A DNA stretch of 36,862 nt from Catajapyx aquilonaris (Eukaryota). The stretch spans positions 1 through 36,862 of the forward strand of contig JYFJ02003857.1 of assembly GCA_000934665.2 (NCBI GenBank). The letters run 5' to 3'. Below are positions 1 through 11,754 of the stretch, piece after piece (the stretch's first letter is position 1; every line of letters starts with the position of its first letter). A model generated the notes under the pieces. The model saw only the letters and a list, made by a program, of their open reading frames with translations, did no database searches and had not been told where the DNA came from. Both the position numbers and the translations under genes were made by a program.

Positions 1-97
1 CTTGTGCACAAAAGTAACGAAGTTACCGGGAAAAGTACTCAAAAAGTAACTAGTTACTAGTAACGCGTTATTTCTACTCAGTTACTACCCAACTCTG
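1..97. mobile_element. Right end of an AGTAAC/GTTACT-rich non-autonomous DNA transposon (hAT-like), truncated by the window edge
   Basis: Repeated AGTAAC/GTTAC motifs ending GTTACTACCCAACTCTG (reverse complement CAGAGTTGGGTAGTAAC), a CAG-type TIR. Confidence 0.55.
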
Positions 98-639
98 AAT
101 ACACATGGGATGAGGGGATGCACAGCGGAATGGTGCTGTGCAAAGCTCCTTTCTGCGAGATGCTGTCTAGCCAATAGCAAGGTTGTCATTGCAGCTGGGA
201 GGAGGAAACATTTCCAGCTGAAAAAGAGCCAGGGCAAGCTCGTCACTCTTGAAAACATTGTTGGCAACTCTAAAAGCAAACTTTTCATGGCTCCTTTCCC
301 GCTGACGATGTTTCCTGGAGGTAAGTGCTACTAGACCAAAGCCACACCTGGAGGGCATCTCTTCCAATAAATAAACAAACCCAAACTGACAACCAGTTAG
401 TTACCCTCATCTTTTTGCTTGGTAGACTAGAGTGTGCCATGTTCAACTCAGGCAGGAGGCTTCTCAACAGCACCACAACAAAAGCAACTTGACCACATTT
501 GTCACATGCCTTTCGTGTCAAGCACGACAATATGACCTGTCCAGAGCACACAAATCCAAGCCTCTTTAGGGGGGTGGAATACAGACCATTTCATTCCATT
601 TGTCTAGATTTGAACTTCAGTCTCCGGTGCAAGGAGTCA

Positions 640-866
640 AGGATGTAGGATAGGGGTAGGGATTTTCGGGGAGGGAACATAAGTGCAATGTCGTTAAATG
701 GGTCATGTGCTATTCCCCAGGAGGTTAGGTTGCCAGACGCCTCCAAGGTGCAGGTCAGAGACCCTCCCGATGCAGGTGAAAGGAAAGTTCCCCAGGCGGG
801 GATCGAACCTGGGGCCTTTCACTCAGCAAGCCGAGACGTTACCATCTCGGCCACCTACACCTCCCC
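640..866 (-). mobile_element. tRNA-derived SINE
   Basis: Minus strand has A-box TGGCCGAGATGG and B-box GGTTCGATCC at tRNA-like spacing, with no proper cloverleaf. A unique body and a CCTAC/CCTAT-like tail follow. The 3' boundary is approximate. Confidence 0.7.
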
Positions 867-1719
867 TCATGCTTAATTGAAAGAGACCTAATGTGTGTGG
901 TGCAACTCACATCTGATCCTCCGTTAAGGCACTCCACGACGTCTCCATTGTCTTGTAATGGACGACCCCAACTCCCTTGGTTTGCTTCCACCTTGGAAGG
1001 CTTGGCCGCCTTCAGGGGTGGGGCGTGTCTTGAACAGCCCTGGGATGGCCGGATGACAACCAAAGCACTTATTAACAGGAAGGAAGGGAGCAAGATTGAA
1101 AGGAGAAGGGTAGAAGGAGGGTCCATTGCTTCTGGTAGGTGGTAGTTAAGAACAGCTGCAGTAATAAGCCTTGCGGGTGGGGATAATGCGAAATGCAAAC
1201 TCCTTCTCGCAGCACCCGCTGCAGCACGCAGATGAATCCTCACACTGTAAATAATGTGGCCAATTACTGAAAGGCACCTTCCTTAGATTTAAAATATGCC
1301 ATTAGGCTACAACTGTCCTACCAAGACTCCACTTCAAGTTCAGGGAACACAGGAGTTATTTATGGATTTCAGTGGCCAGGTTTATAGAGAGAAGCAACCC
1401 ATTGGAAACAAATGACTCCCACGATTGCCACACAAACTGTTGCTGCTCTCTAAACTGGTTGCTGGATGGGTTACAATGCATAACTTCTCTCCCTACCCCC
1501 TTCGTTATCAGATAATAATTTGGGCATTGCACCACCATGCAGACATTCACCTGCCTGTGACAAATTAGTATTGCTAATATTCAATCTAATTATTTTCACT
1601 GTGTAACAGAAACTGGCCACAGTAGATGACTGCATATGTGGTGCTTCTGACCACAACAAGAACGACAACAATCGAATTAATCATGGCACAAGATTCGAAA
1701 TACTTGTCACTGACTGTAA

Positions 1720-1881
1720 AGGCCATTTCACAAAAAAAATGTCGCGCGGCAAACGGCGCGACGCGCGGCAAATTTTTTATTTATATTTATTGTTGCCAAT
1801 TGTTGGCAATAATAAATATAAATAAAAAATTTGCCGCAAGTCGCGCCGTTTGCAGCGCGACATTTTTTTGTGAAATGGCCT
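1720..1881. mobile_element. PIF/Harbinger-type palindromic MITE
   Basis: Near-perfect 162-bp hairpin AGGCCATTTCACAAAAAAA...TTTTTTTGTGAAATGGCCT with a TAA target-site duplication (1717-1719, 1882-1884). Confidence 0.9.
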
Positions 1882-2592
1882 TAACTCACCCCAATTTACA
1901 GCATGTATTCTGGATCACTTTATGCAGAGTAGAAACTTTCATTACCTTATGACAGGAGTCCGTATTTTTAGGCACGAAGAAGCCCCGCAATAGGTACAGG
2001 AAATACCCTCAAATACGCACAAAAATTTACTTTTTTGGGCATGTGGAGGATAATGTTACAGAAAATAAGAAAGCCAGAATAATTTTATAGGCCTAAAGTA
2101 TAAATATATATGCTCGCAAACCAGAGGAAAGACCGAATAACAACAATAAAGTGACAGAAAATCACAAAACTTGGGCAAAAGACACGAAGTGTAAGCAAGT
2201 ATCACTTGCTCTGGACTCTTACCGCTTATAGCCAGTTTCCACTTGCACCAGACTTGCACAATATGTTGCCAAATATTTTTCAAATCAGAGGAAAATTTAG
2301 AAAAATATTTGGCATATGTGTCACGGAAACATTCTGAACGATTTTGGTCCTTTCAGGAGCACAAAATGATACTCCTCAAAAAACCAAACATACCTCTGAA
2401 GAAATAGGCACGGAATAGGCCCAAAATGTCATGAAAACACTGCAAAAAGTTCAAAAACTATCCCAAAAAAGGCCAAATAGGCATGAAAAGTCGCAAAATG
2501 GCAGAATAGGCAAAATAGTTCCCAAAACCACGAAATAGGCCATTTTAGGCACTATAAAACCTACATTTTCCACACCCTGCAATATATTATTA

Positions 2593-2857
2593 CCCTCTGA
2601 TTGGCATAAGTCCGAACCTTTTCGGGTACACAAACGCCTGAGGAGGTGAGCCGCAGAAAAATTAGTCCCCGGTATCGCTGGCTTTCTCGAAGAAACAGTG
2701 TTGTACATGTAATTCGAATGGCTAATTATCATGGGCAGCCCATGCGGTAGTTGCAGAGCTACACAAACTGAAAATTTCGATGTGAGGAGCGGTATGGTCC
2801 GGCTACGTTCGGGCGTATGGATATTCAAAAGGGTTCGGACTTATGGGAATCAGAGAG
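2593..2857. mobile_element. TIR MITE (probably Tc1/mariner) nested in the hAT element
   Basis: CCCTCTGATTGGCATAAGTCCGAACCTTTT ... AAAAGGGTTCGGACTTATGGGAATCAGAGAG; flanks TA / CA. Confidence 0.8.
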
Positions 2858-2901
2858 CAGGAAACGGATAGATCTCCTCACAAAACGATCCCACCTGTTA
2901 A

Positions 2902-4005
2902 CCAATTGAGCCCCAGCTATACCGCCATCGCCTAGATTTCGTTTCTGTTAAACTTACATGTACTCTGAAGATAAAAAATAAGATATTTTACCAATAATAA
3001 CAGCTATACTTACACATTCATGCTCTATGCCATGCGTGTGTTTGGAACCAGTTTCATCATCTACAAGTCCCTAAATTAATTTCCAAAAGGATCGCCATAG
3101 AGTATAGCTATACTGCGAGCGCCTAGTTTTTGGCTTGCACGTACTCTGAAGATAGTTATAACATATTTTACAAATAAGCTATACAAATACTAAATTAATT
3201 TCCAAAAAGATCGCTGTAAACTCCATCGCCTAGATTTTCGCTGGCTCTTACTCTGAAGATACGGACAAGATATTTTACAAAATAATAACGGCTATACTTA
3301 CATTTTCCTTGAAAATGCTATGAATGTATTTGGAATAATTTTCCTCTTCTAGAAGTTCCTAAATTAATTTCTAAAAAGATCGCTGGCCTCTCAGGCGGAA
3401 GCATTTGGTGTCCTAGGATGGTTTCAGGTTCTGATCAAGCCAGAGGTTGAGAGGCAATGTCGGGCCAACCTCCTTAAACACTAATTTAATTGTAAAAAAA
3501 CTCGAAATTCGAGAATTGCCGGCCAACTGTTAGGCTGATTTAATTATGAAATACATTAAAATATACGGAATATTGACCTTGAGTACCTTGCCAGACGAAG
3601 TTGGTGAAATCGTCGTACTTCGAGAGAAATAAATTAATTTGGGAGATTTCCGAAGTAACAGGAAAGCCGCAGATAAGAACTAATTTACTTCTCGCAAAGT
3701 ACGATTTCAGCAAATTCGTCTGGCACCATTCTCAATATTGTTATTCCGTGTATTTTAACATACTTCATAATTAAATCAGCCAAGTAGTTGCCCGGAAGTA
3801 CTCGAATTTCGAGTTTTACAGCATTATTTTTGGAAATTAATTTTGAGACTTCTAGGCAAGGAAAATTGTTCCAGGCGCATTCACAGTGATTTCCCTGATC
3901 GGGTAAGTATAGCTGTTATTATTTTGTAAAATATATTGTCCTTATCTTCAGAGTACTCGTAAGAGGAAAACTAGGCGCCGGCGGGTATAGCTGGGGCGCA
4001 AGGGG
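2902..4005. mobile_element. piggyBac-like non-autonomous fold-back element with subterminal tandem repeats, nested in the hAT element
   Basis: TTAA|CCAATTGAGCCCCAGCTATACC ... GGTATAGCTGGGGCGCAAGGGG|TTGA. Three direct units on the left (TACTCTGAAGAT at ~2961, 3142, 3249), one inverted unit at ~3830-3975, and an inner palindrome at 3491-3820. Confidence 0.78.
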
Positions 4006-5296
4006 TTGAAGAACTAAATAGGCATTTGCCTAAAAATCTGGACTCTACTTATGACTTCCAAGCACTAAGCAAGTTTGGAAATTGTTCAAGTTGCAAGCTG
4101 ATGCTGGCCTACCTACACTTACGTTAAATTTCCGCTGCCACCTTGTTGAAATGAGTGATGCTTATTGACTTTAGTGAGCGACTGGTCTTTTACGTACTTC
4201 TATTATCGCAATTGCAGGGAACACTTTTGTCCAGCTTTTTCCTATTCTTCTCCACTGTGCAGTGGAAGTGACTAAATCACTGACATCCTGCACAGTGTGC
4301 GTACCATACTCAACACCCTCCAAGGCACCTATATACATACGTAAGTCCCGTCTGGAATGCAGCCAGGCGTGAAAGTCTTGGTTTCTGCCGACTGGCACAG
4401 CTGCAGGCAGGCGCATGAGACCAGCGCAAAGAGGACAATGGCCCCAAGTCGCATCATCTGTGGAGTCAAGAGACCTTCTGTGAATAGAGTTGGGTGGCCC
4501 CTTCCGCACTCACTCACACTGTTGACTCTTAGAGCTCGTGTTTCCACGGAGTCAAGATGTACTTATCAGTTCCATTGTCTAGAGAATTTCTCCACAGTGG
4601 AGGGAGCTAACGTCTGCTGATGCGAGCAGAAAGGAATGTGGCAATGTCACCGGCACCATTCCCTGGCCCTCAGTAACAATGCCAGCGATATCACACGTCC
4701 ATACAGCTATCAAAATAATGTGAAGCCAGAAAGGCTCGTTAGCAAGGCAAAAGAATTCCTAATGGAAATATCTTCCAGTACAGCATGCAAAGTATAAATA
4801 CACTAGATATGACGCAGGTTTGGGTAAATGCTTCGTATGGTTGGCATGTAAATGCCAAAATGTGCATGTTTCGCTAGGGAAAAGGCTAAGGCTGTGTTGC
4901 TGGCTCTCAATTCAGGTGGTGGCAGAGTGGCACTTTAGTGGGGGGAAATCCAACATTTAAGACAAGCTGAAACTTATCTCATTTGCCGGTCACACATCTG
5001 CAGCAGCCATTATCGGCTGACTACCAGTACAAAGTCAAGGTGATTCAGAACATGACTGAAAGGAGGGGGAAAGCATTGGGCCCACCCTTACAAGTGAGTA
5101 AAATTCCTGCCATGTACTTTTCCACCCTGAAAACATCTTTTCACCACCTCACAGGCTCAGATCATGATGCACTTTGCATTTTTGCAAGTGCAGTATTACA
5201 TGCAGATTTACAACACTTTTGTGTCCATGCTTCAATAACTAATTTTGCATTCGGTTTCAATGCAAAATTGTCTTCAACTTATTGAGCAACATAGTA

Positions 5297-6314
5297 CCGT
5301 GAAACCTGTGTATTACGGAATCGCACGAGACCCTAAAAATTTTCCGTAATGGATAGGTTTCCGCTATATTCGGATCAAGGATATTTCTGATATCTCTTTG
5401 CCAGTGAGGAGAGGAAAATGGGGAGAGCAAAAATAAGCACCTTACCTCAATATGGTGCAAAATCAGTCCATACAGTAGCATTTTTGCAGAATAGTCTGTT
5501 TTGCCTGGCTCACAGCACATCTAAAAAGGGGGGGCAGTTGCGCTGCAGTTGAAAATGTCCTCTTTGGAATACCCTGGCAAACCGCTTCCCACCTTCTCCT
5601 TCCAATTTTCCGCTTTTTCGACATTAACGACACTTGCATCACCACACACTGTTTTCCATGAAATTCTGTGCCTGTCGTGTAAACTTTCCAGCCACCCATT
5701 TGAAGCGCTAAATTTTCCTGCACCAAGTTCTTGCAATTATTTTTGCCTGCTCCATTGGACCATTGGCCCGGCCACTGGAAAAATGTTCAGCCTGTGTCAA
5801 CCCTTCCTCCTCCCCGACATTTTAAAACTGGACTGAACCGTGAACTACACTTGAAGGCAGGGCACCTAAATCACATGACTCACATCTTGGCCCCCTCACA
5901 AGCCATCTCTCTGTTTTCCAACCAAAAATAGTCCCCCCTATCCTCAATATCTTCAAGGCCATGGGCTGAGAGCAATTCCAGCAATTATGAGAGACAGTAT
6001 CTGTATGGTGTCAGATGGTCCAAGAAGGGTTACTCAGAAGCCTGCTGGGAGGGCCCAGAGCAGTGGAGAGGGATCCTGACTCTAGTTCCTATTTTTGTGA
6101 CTAGCAAGAGATAATGTGAACCTTTTAATATTCGTCATGAACAGATTTTCTCTGAAGGAAGACAAAAATCCCTTCCACTTCCGCGTTGGGCAAGTTCTGT
6201 AATATCCGTCAAAAAATACATTACATGCTCTATGGATTCGCCCGTTCCCAGAAAAATTTCCGCAATGAATGGGTTTACCAGTTTTCCAGGGTCCGTAATG
6301 GGTAGGTTTCCCTG
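5297..6314 (-). mobile_element. Internally deleted pogo/Tigger-like DNA transposon
   Basis: TA|CCGTGAAACCTGTGTATTACGGA ... TCCGTAATGGGTAGGTTTCCCTG|TA; contains a transposase remnant. Confidence 0.8.
5500..5740 (-). pseudogene. Degenerate Tigger/CENP-B-like transposase fragment
   Basis: FSASNGWLESLHDRHRISWKTVCGDAS...ENWKE...GYSKEDIFNC resembles the pogo/Tigger F.AS.GWL..F..R..I...GE and Y...DIFN.DETG motifs. DETG has decayed and the frame is broken. Confidence 0.85.
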
Positions 6315-6700
6315 TACTTCCATTCCAGTATCCTGGCCAAGGCACTTGCATTGACAGGAGTTCACAGAAAAAGGCAGTTCACACTTCTTCATTTGTCATC
6401 ATTTGTAGCTGTCCCAGATCATTATTAGAGGTCAAAACTGTACAGGATGAAGCTTGCCTCTTCCTGGGCTAAACATGAGGCACATTTCCCATCACTCAAG
6501 CTCATTAGTACGTAGCAGAGCTGGATAGAGATCACTTGTTGTTCCATCAGTGGGGACTAGATTACAAAACCAGTGCCTGTCGCTTTGGTCGCTTGCCCAC
6601 CTCAAAAATTCCCTGGCTCCCTCATCCCTATCACCATTGTGATCTCAGCATCAAGCACCAGCTCTGGCTGCACTCATCTGTGACCTAATCATTCAAAACA

Positions 6701-7315
6701 TTTATTAGCTCTGGCAACATAGTTATATTCCCATGCTATTTGATCCTTAGGTCTCGTGAAGAAGAGGGCTGGAAAGGACCTCCCTTCTATGCAGTAATTA
6801 AATAAATAAATAAATATATGTATATATGTATATGTTACAGGATAATATGCACCTCTATACTGCATAGATTATTTTATTCACATCATTTTCCTTACGACCA
6901 ACCCCAAGTAGTTTGAGGTTGGGTAACTGACCTTGATTGGTTTGAGAACCATTACAATGTCCACCACGTCCCTCCTTCCCCTTCCCAACCACAAAGTATG
7001 ATCAGCTGCAAATCCATACAATAACATCATCATCATGTTTAAATGACACATGCTGATTCCACAACTTAATCGTGGGCCAGGAAGATGGGTATTTAAAATC
7101 TTGTAAAATTTTCTGCGTGATGGGTACCTTTACACTAGAGAGTGACCATTAACAGTGTTCCTTCAAAGTACTTTTTTTTCCACTTTCTGGAATCCTAATG
7201 GACATTGCTTTCTACAAAAAAAAAAAAATCGCCATCTGACATGAGTTGTATTAGGACAAAAACCCCACTAGAACTTGGTCCTGTTGAGTTACAACCCTTG
7301 AAGGAACACTTTATT
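6701..7315 (-). promoter_or_regulatory. Candidate AATAAA polyadenylation signals of the tetraspanin 3' UTR
   Basis: TTTATT on + (AATAAA on -) at 7310-7315, 6873-6878 and 6701-6706. Which one is used cannot be determined. Confidence 0.35.
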
Positions 7316-7557
7316 TTTGTGGCAACCTGGCAGTGAATCTTCCAAGTCTAGATCTTAATATTATAAAAGCTTAGCTCAGACTCCAATACCCTGACAGAAA
7401 AGTAAAAAGGTATGAAAAGTAAGAACAGCATACAGACACACTCTCACACACACTGTCCTGGGAGACATCCACACGCAAGAGAGTCACACCCAGTGCCTTC
7501 CTGTCCTTCATCCCCAGACTTGACCAGTATGAGCACAGACATGGCTCATCAAGTCCT

Positions 7558-7938
7558 TCATGACCACTGTGCTCTCTGCATTTCAATCTGTCCCTCAAGA
7601 GTCCTCCCCAGATATATGACGAGAAGTTGTGCCAGGGCTACTCCAAGGGCAGCCCCTGCCACCACGTACAAGTTCCTCTCTGCCCAGCCCATGATGGCTG
7701 AGACGCATCCTGTGGTCCAGACCCTCCTGGCAATCTCCGTCAGCGGCTTGTCCTGGACACCATAACCACACATGATGTTGACCAAAGAGGAGGAGTGCAG
7801 GGTGGAGTTGATGCAACAGGAGAATGGAACCCCACACCGCTCCACTGAGGGGTTGGCTGATGGGTCCTCAGTGCAGTTGAAGTACTCATTGTCTGACCAA
7901 TCCAGGTAACCCTTTGAGCTCAGACCGCAGCACTGGAA
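7558..7938 (-). CDS. TspanC8 tetraspanin coding exon 3: CCG-containing large extracellular loop, TM4, C-tail
   Basis: Acceptor TCCTGTCCACAG|TTC. Reads FQCCGLSSKGYLDWSDNEYFNCTEDPSANPSVERCGVPFSCCINST...MCGYG...GC...LEGQIEMQRAQWS-TGA. Eight loop cysteines define the C8 class. 381 nt including the stop. Confidence 0.96.
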   Translation of the reverse strand, partial: FQCCGLSSKGYLDWSDNEYFNCTEDPSANPSVERCGVPFSCCINSTLHSSSLVNIMCGYGVQDKPLTEIARRVWTTGCVSAIMGWAERNLYVVAGAALGVALAQLLVIYLGRTLEGQIEMQRAQWS

Positions 7939-9106
7939 CTGTGGACAGGATCAGTAACAATCAAGGTCTGCATAAGGAAGCAAGTGGCTGGAGGGAGGTA
8001 GGGATATTAAGGGACATTGTTGAAACAAGTCAACAAGACTAACATAAAAAATCCCACGTCTAAACCGGGCCGAGTTTTCAAAATGAGGCCTTTACACGTT
8101 CAGCGAGTAAAAATGTTGTTTGCCTACTGTGCAGTCAATCCACATTTCATTCTTGGTAATGGAAGAGGTTATGGCTCACCCGCAGGCCTGCTGCCCAAAA
8201 ATGAGAGCCCAGTCGGGTAGAGCTGCGTGATTCCATGCCCACTGAGCCAAAATTGAATTCCTTGGTAGCTCAACCCTCTAGAATTTTACCATAAAATCAA
8301 TCACGGCTGTGAGGAGCGCTCCACCCTGAGGTTAGATCAAGACCCAACCTAACTGTGGTGTAAGCGATATCAACTTTCTGCGTTGCATTGCTATCCTACA
8401 GATGTGTTGCCTTCTTATGTGCCATGCAATACACACAGGGCTTATTGCATTCAACATTTCTGTCATTAACTTTGCTGCAAAATGAAAGTGGAAGATCAGT
8501 CAATTTCTTGGTCAATGAGACTGCACTGAAGGTGAGAAAGTAATCTTCATCTTTTGCTCTCATCCAAGCCTCTCTAAGTACCACTTGAAATAATACTCTA
8601 CTATCTGTTTATTTAACATCAAGCCCCTGTGTTTGACACGAAACTGCCAGGCAAATGATCCACAAAAGAATTACGTTATATATTGTCCGAAAGTTTGTTT
8701 AACCCTTCCATTACCGCCAGAAGGAATTTTTCGCGGGTGGGGTTTAATTATATTTACAACCCTGGCCTTGTCATCGGCCACATGTCGATGAGCCAGCAGT
8801 CTTTTTTTCCTCATGGCCAGCTTCACCAAAGCCAACCTTTGACCCAGTGCTGGCTGTTGACAAGTGGCCAGAGAGCAACATCTATTGCATAGTGCAAATC
8901 TTTCTCTATCTAATGATATATTTGAAACTTGTAAATCGCCATGTGTGTAATCATAATTAAGTATATTGCACACCTCTGCTATCTTGGCCGTTTCTCATCC
9001 TAATTACTTCTCGAATGTATCGACGGCAAGCCAAGAATGTGTGATAAAATTACACAGTGCTCTATTACACTATAAATTTTAAAAGTACAGGTTTAGTTAA
9101 GTTTAA

Positions 9107-9952
9107 CCCTTTGTCTCCCGCGCGACTTTGAACTTTTGGGTGGGGGTTTAAAAAGAGCGCCCTAGGTGAAAATAACTGGATCTGGGTACATTGGTTTCAC
9201 TCTCGATTCATGCACAAGTAGTGGGGGCTGAACATTGTGAGACATACCAACCTACGCTGCACATCGAGAGAGGGCAGCAACCGGCTCATAAACTATGGAT
9301 GCGCAAGATGGTGGCGTTGTCCTACTACGTCATCTACGCGGTTTTTTAAAGGCAGCTTATACCCATCTAAAAAATCCCAAAAATTCTATATGGTTGCCCA
9401 GTCTCTCTGATGAATTACGAAAACATTCGTGTCCGTTAAAAATTTCAAAGGTCTGGTTAGGTGGTTATCGCGCTCGCCTCTAAACCCAAAGTTGTGGGTT
9501 CAAACCCGGCCAAGGTCGGTGACTTTCTCTGGGTGGTAGAAAAGTGAGAGTGCGCCTTCCTTCGGAGGGGAAATAAATCCGTCGGTCCCATGTGCTTGTG
9601 ACATTGCGCGAGTGCACGTTAAAGATACCCAGAGTGGCAAAATTTCCAGGAGGACGACCACCGCCTGGCGTCTGCGTTTAGCCTTAGCAGCAGAAATAGG
9701 CCGATGTTAAGCCCCACTGATAACAGTATGTGTTTGTTTCAGGTTGTTTACAATGAATGAAACCTTTGGCCTATGATGTCGTGCCATTAAAAATATCACG
9801 GGAGTGGTGTAAATACGCATTAACATAGAAACTGTGAACATTTCCTAAGGCTATGGTGAAAGAAATTTCTGTCGGGATTATACTAGTAAATTTTTAAAAA
9901 AATTATTTTGTTTCGTTGTATTACAATCAAATAGGGCGCGGGAGACAAAGGG
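9107..9952. mobile_element. piggyBac-like non-autonomous element inserted in the left arm of the fold-back
   Basis: TTAA|CCCTTTGTCTCCCGCGC ... GCGCGGGAGACAAAGGG|TAAA. The opposite arm shows the empty site (GTCTATTAAAC, reverse complement GTTTAATAGAC). Confidence 0.88.
9452..9739 (+). mobile_element. tRNA-derived SINE inserted in the piggyBac-like element
   Basis: A-box-like TGGTTAGGTGG and B-box GGTTCAAACC. The body motifs CCTTCCTTCGGAGGGGAAATAAATCCGTCGGTCCC and GCACGTTAAAGATACCCAG resemble arthropod SINE cores (from recall). TGTT-like tail. Confidence 0.85.
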
Positions 9953-10279
9953 TAAATAGACAAGTACCTAAGCCCACTTTCTGGAGGGAGTAGACGGCGA
10001 TCCTCCAGCTATCTGTAGTGGGGTAGGAGGGCCAAGAAGCCGCAGGATTGCCTTCTACTCCCGCCAGAAAGTGTGCTGAATACTTGTCTATTAAACCTAC
10101 TAAACCTGTACTTTTAAAATGTATAGTGTAATAGAGCACTGTGTAATTTTATCACACACTCTTCTGGCTTGCCGTCGATACATTCGCAAAGTAATTAGGA
10201 TGAGAAACGGCCAAGATAGCAGAGGTGTGCGATATACTTAATTATGATTACACAAATGGCAATTTACAAGTTTCAAATA

Positions 10280-11754
10280 CAGGGTGATCCAACTCTATGG
10301 CACCAACAGTCATTGGAAAAATCAGCAAGCTGCTTGTTTATAAGCAGGTAGTTGCTAAGAGATCAATAAGAGATACTTTCTGGAGAATCAGGAACAGCAC
10401 CTGCTGATATTAGGTCTAATGCCCATGTAACAATATTAATGAGGGAAAAAAGGGTCATCCGTGGGAAACAGGCCTGTTCTGGTGTTTGCTGGAGGGTTTC
10501 ACATGAGGTCACTAGCTGCCAAACCACAGGCCTAATCCGTCGGAACTGGACAGACCCGGGTGTGTCAATAAATAGGCCTTTCTGGTCTGTTCATTGTTGG
10601 CCGCAGTTGGCGCAACTGAGACAGGTCAACAGGTCAAGTTGTTTAGTTACCAGTAAATAAATAGTTCTTGTAGAGTCAGGACCAGGACATGCCTTACTCA
10701 GGGGGCCTGTTTGAGGGCCGCCCAATGGCTTCTAGGGTTATTCTAACAGTACAGTCTGCATTGGGCATTCTCTCATTAATTGGTACGTACATGTATGGGC
10801 ATTGGACCTAATATCAGCAGGTGCTAAGACTGGTAACTAAACAACGCTGCCTGTTGACCTGTCTCAGTTGCGCCAACTGCGGCCAACAATGAACAGACCA
10901 GAAGGCCTATTATTTTATTGACACACCCGAGTCTGTCCAGTTCCGACGGATTAGGCCTCTGGTTTGGCAGCTATAGTGACCTCATGTGAAACCCTCCAGT
11001 GAACACCAGAACAGGCCTGTTTCCCACTGCTGACCCTTTTTTCCCTCATTAATATTGTTACATGGGCATTAGACCTAATAAAGGCAACGGATTTCTTAGA
11101 GTGAACAGACACGCCCCCCCGGGCGAACCAATGGGGTCGCCTGTATGACCGTGCGTCACAGTGAGGTTGCCAGGTGAAATATAATAAATGTAATTGACGG
11201 TGTATTTTAAAAAGGAATTCGACCGATATCAATTATTTGGTTCTGAAATAATTTATGAACACTAAAGCATTATTTAGAATAGCGTTATTAGTTACTGACG
11301 CGAAAAATTAAAATCAGCAACCTTGCCACATGGGGACTACTTTCAAGGCGAGAGACAAAAGAGCATCGGGATCCGTGCCCGCGTAATTTCGAAGCATTGT
11401 TCGAATCCAAGGCAAACGGTGTTCGAATCTCTTCATTTCACTTCTTTTCGGCGCGCATAAGCACCATCGGAGTAAGGTGTCCGGCTGTGGCGGAGGGATA
11501 CATGTTGTTATGGTGCCAAAGTGGTGGGGGGGAGAAGTTGGGGAGGAGGGAGGAGGGAGGAGAGAAGTTTGTTTGGGGGCGGGGCCATGGGCCCAGCAGT
11601 TCACTCTAAGAAATCCATTGCCTTTATCAGCAGGTGCTATTCCCGATTCTCCAGAAAGAGCCAGAAAGCATCTCTTAGCAACGACCTGCTTATAAACAAG
11701 CAGCCTGCGCGATTTTTCCAATAACTACTGGTGCCATAGAGTTGGATCACCCTG
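10280..11754. mobile_element. Tc1/mariner MITE (CAGGGTG type) inserted in the right arm of the fold-back
   Basis: TA|CAGGGTGATCCAACTCTATGGCACCA ... TGGTGCCATAGAGTTGGATCACCCTG|TA with ~155-bp arms. The host arm resumes after 11756. Confidence 0.92.
10410..11078. mobile_element. mariner-like MITE, rearranged, inserted at a TA in the left arm of the 10280-11754 MITE
   Basis: TA|TTAGGTCTAATGCCCATGTAAC ... GTTACATGGGCATTAGACCTAA|TA with ~245-bp inverted arms. Removing it restores GCTGATAAAGGCAA, matching the opposite host arm. Confidence 0.9.

Larger units (their letters stand above)
1954..4047. mobile_element. Non-autonomous hAT-like element carrying nested insertions
   Basis: TIRs AGGAGTCCGTATTTTTAGGC / GCCTAAAAATCTGGACTCTA. 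Perfect 8-bp TSD CTTATGAC (1946-1953, 4048-4055). Internal AATAGGC repeats at ~2400-2540 resume at ~4016. Confidence 0.85.

Noticed and set aside
85..551. hAT transposase remnant (LLPA...AERSF) or an exon of a neighbouring gene (GTAAGT at ~322)
   Set aside because: Only a few residues match and no coherent frame or acceptor was found. A translated search would be needed.
790..866. Functional tRNA gene
   Set aside because: A and B boxes are present, but there is no consistent acceptor stem or 7-nt anticodon loop, and it continues into a SINE-like body.
2911..3385. CRISPR-like repeat-spacer array
   Set aside because: The units are long and diverged, their intervening sequences are homologous, they sit inside a TIR element in eukaryotic DNA, and there are no cas genes.
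7545..7560. Stop-codon readthrough
   Set aside because: The context is TGA-AGG rather than the leaky TGA-C, and a second TGA follows two codons later.
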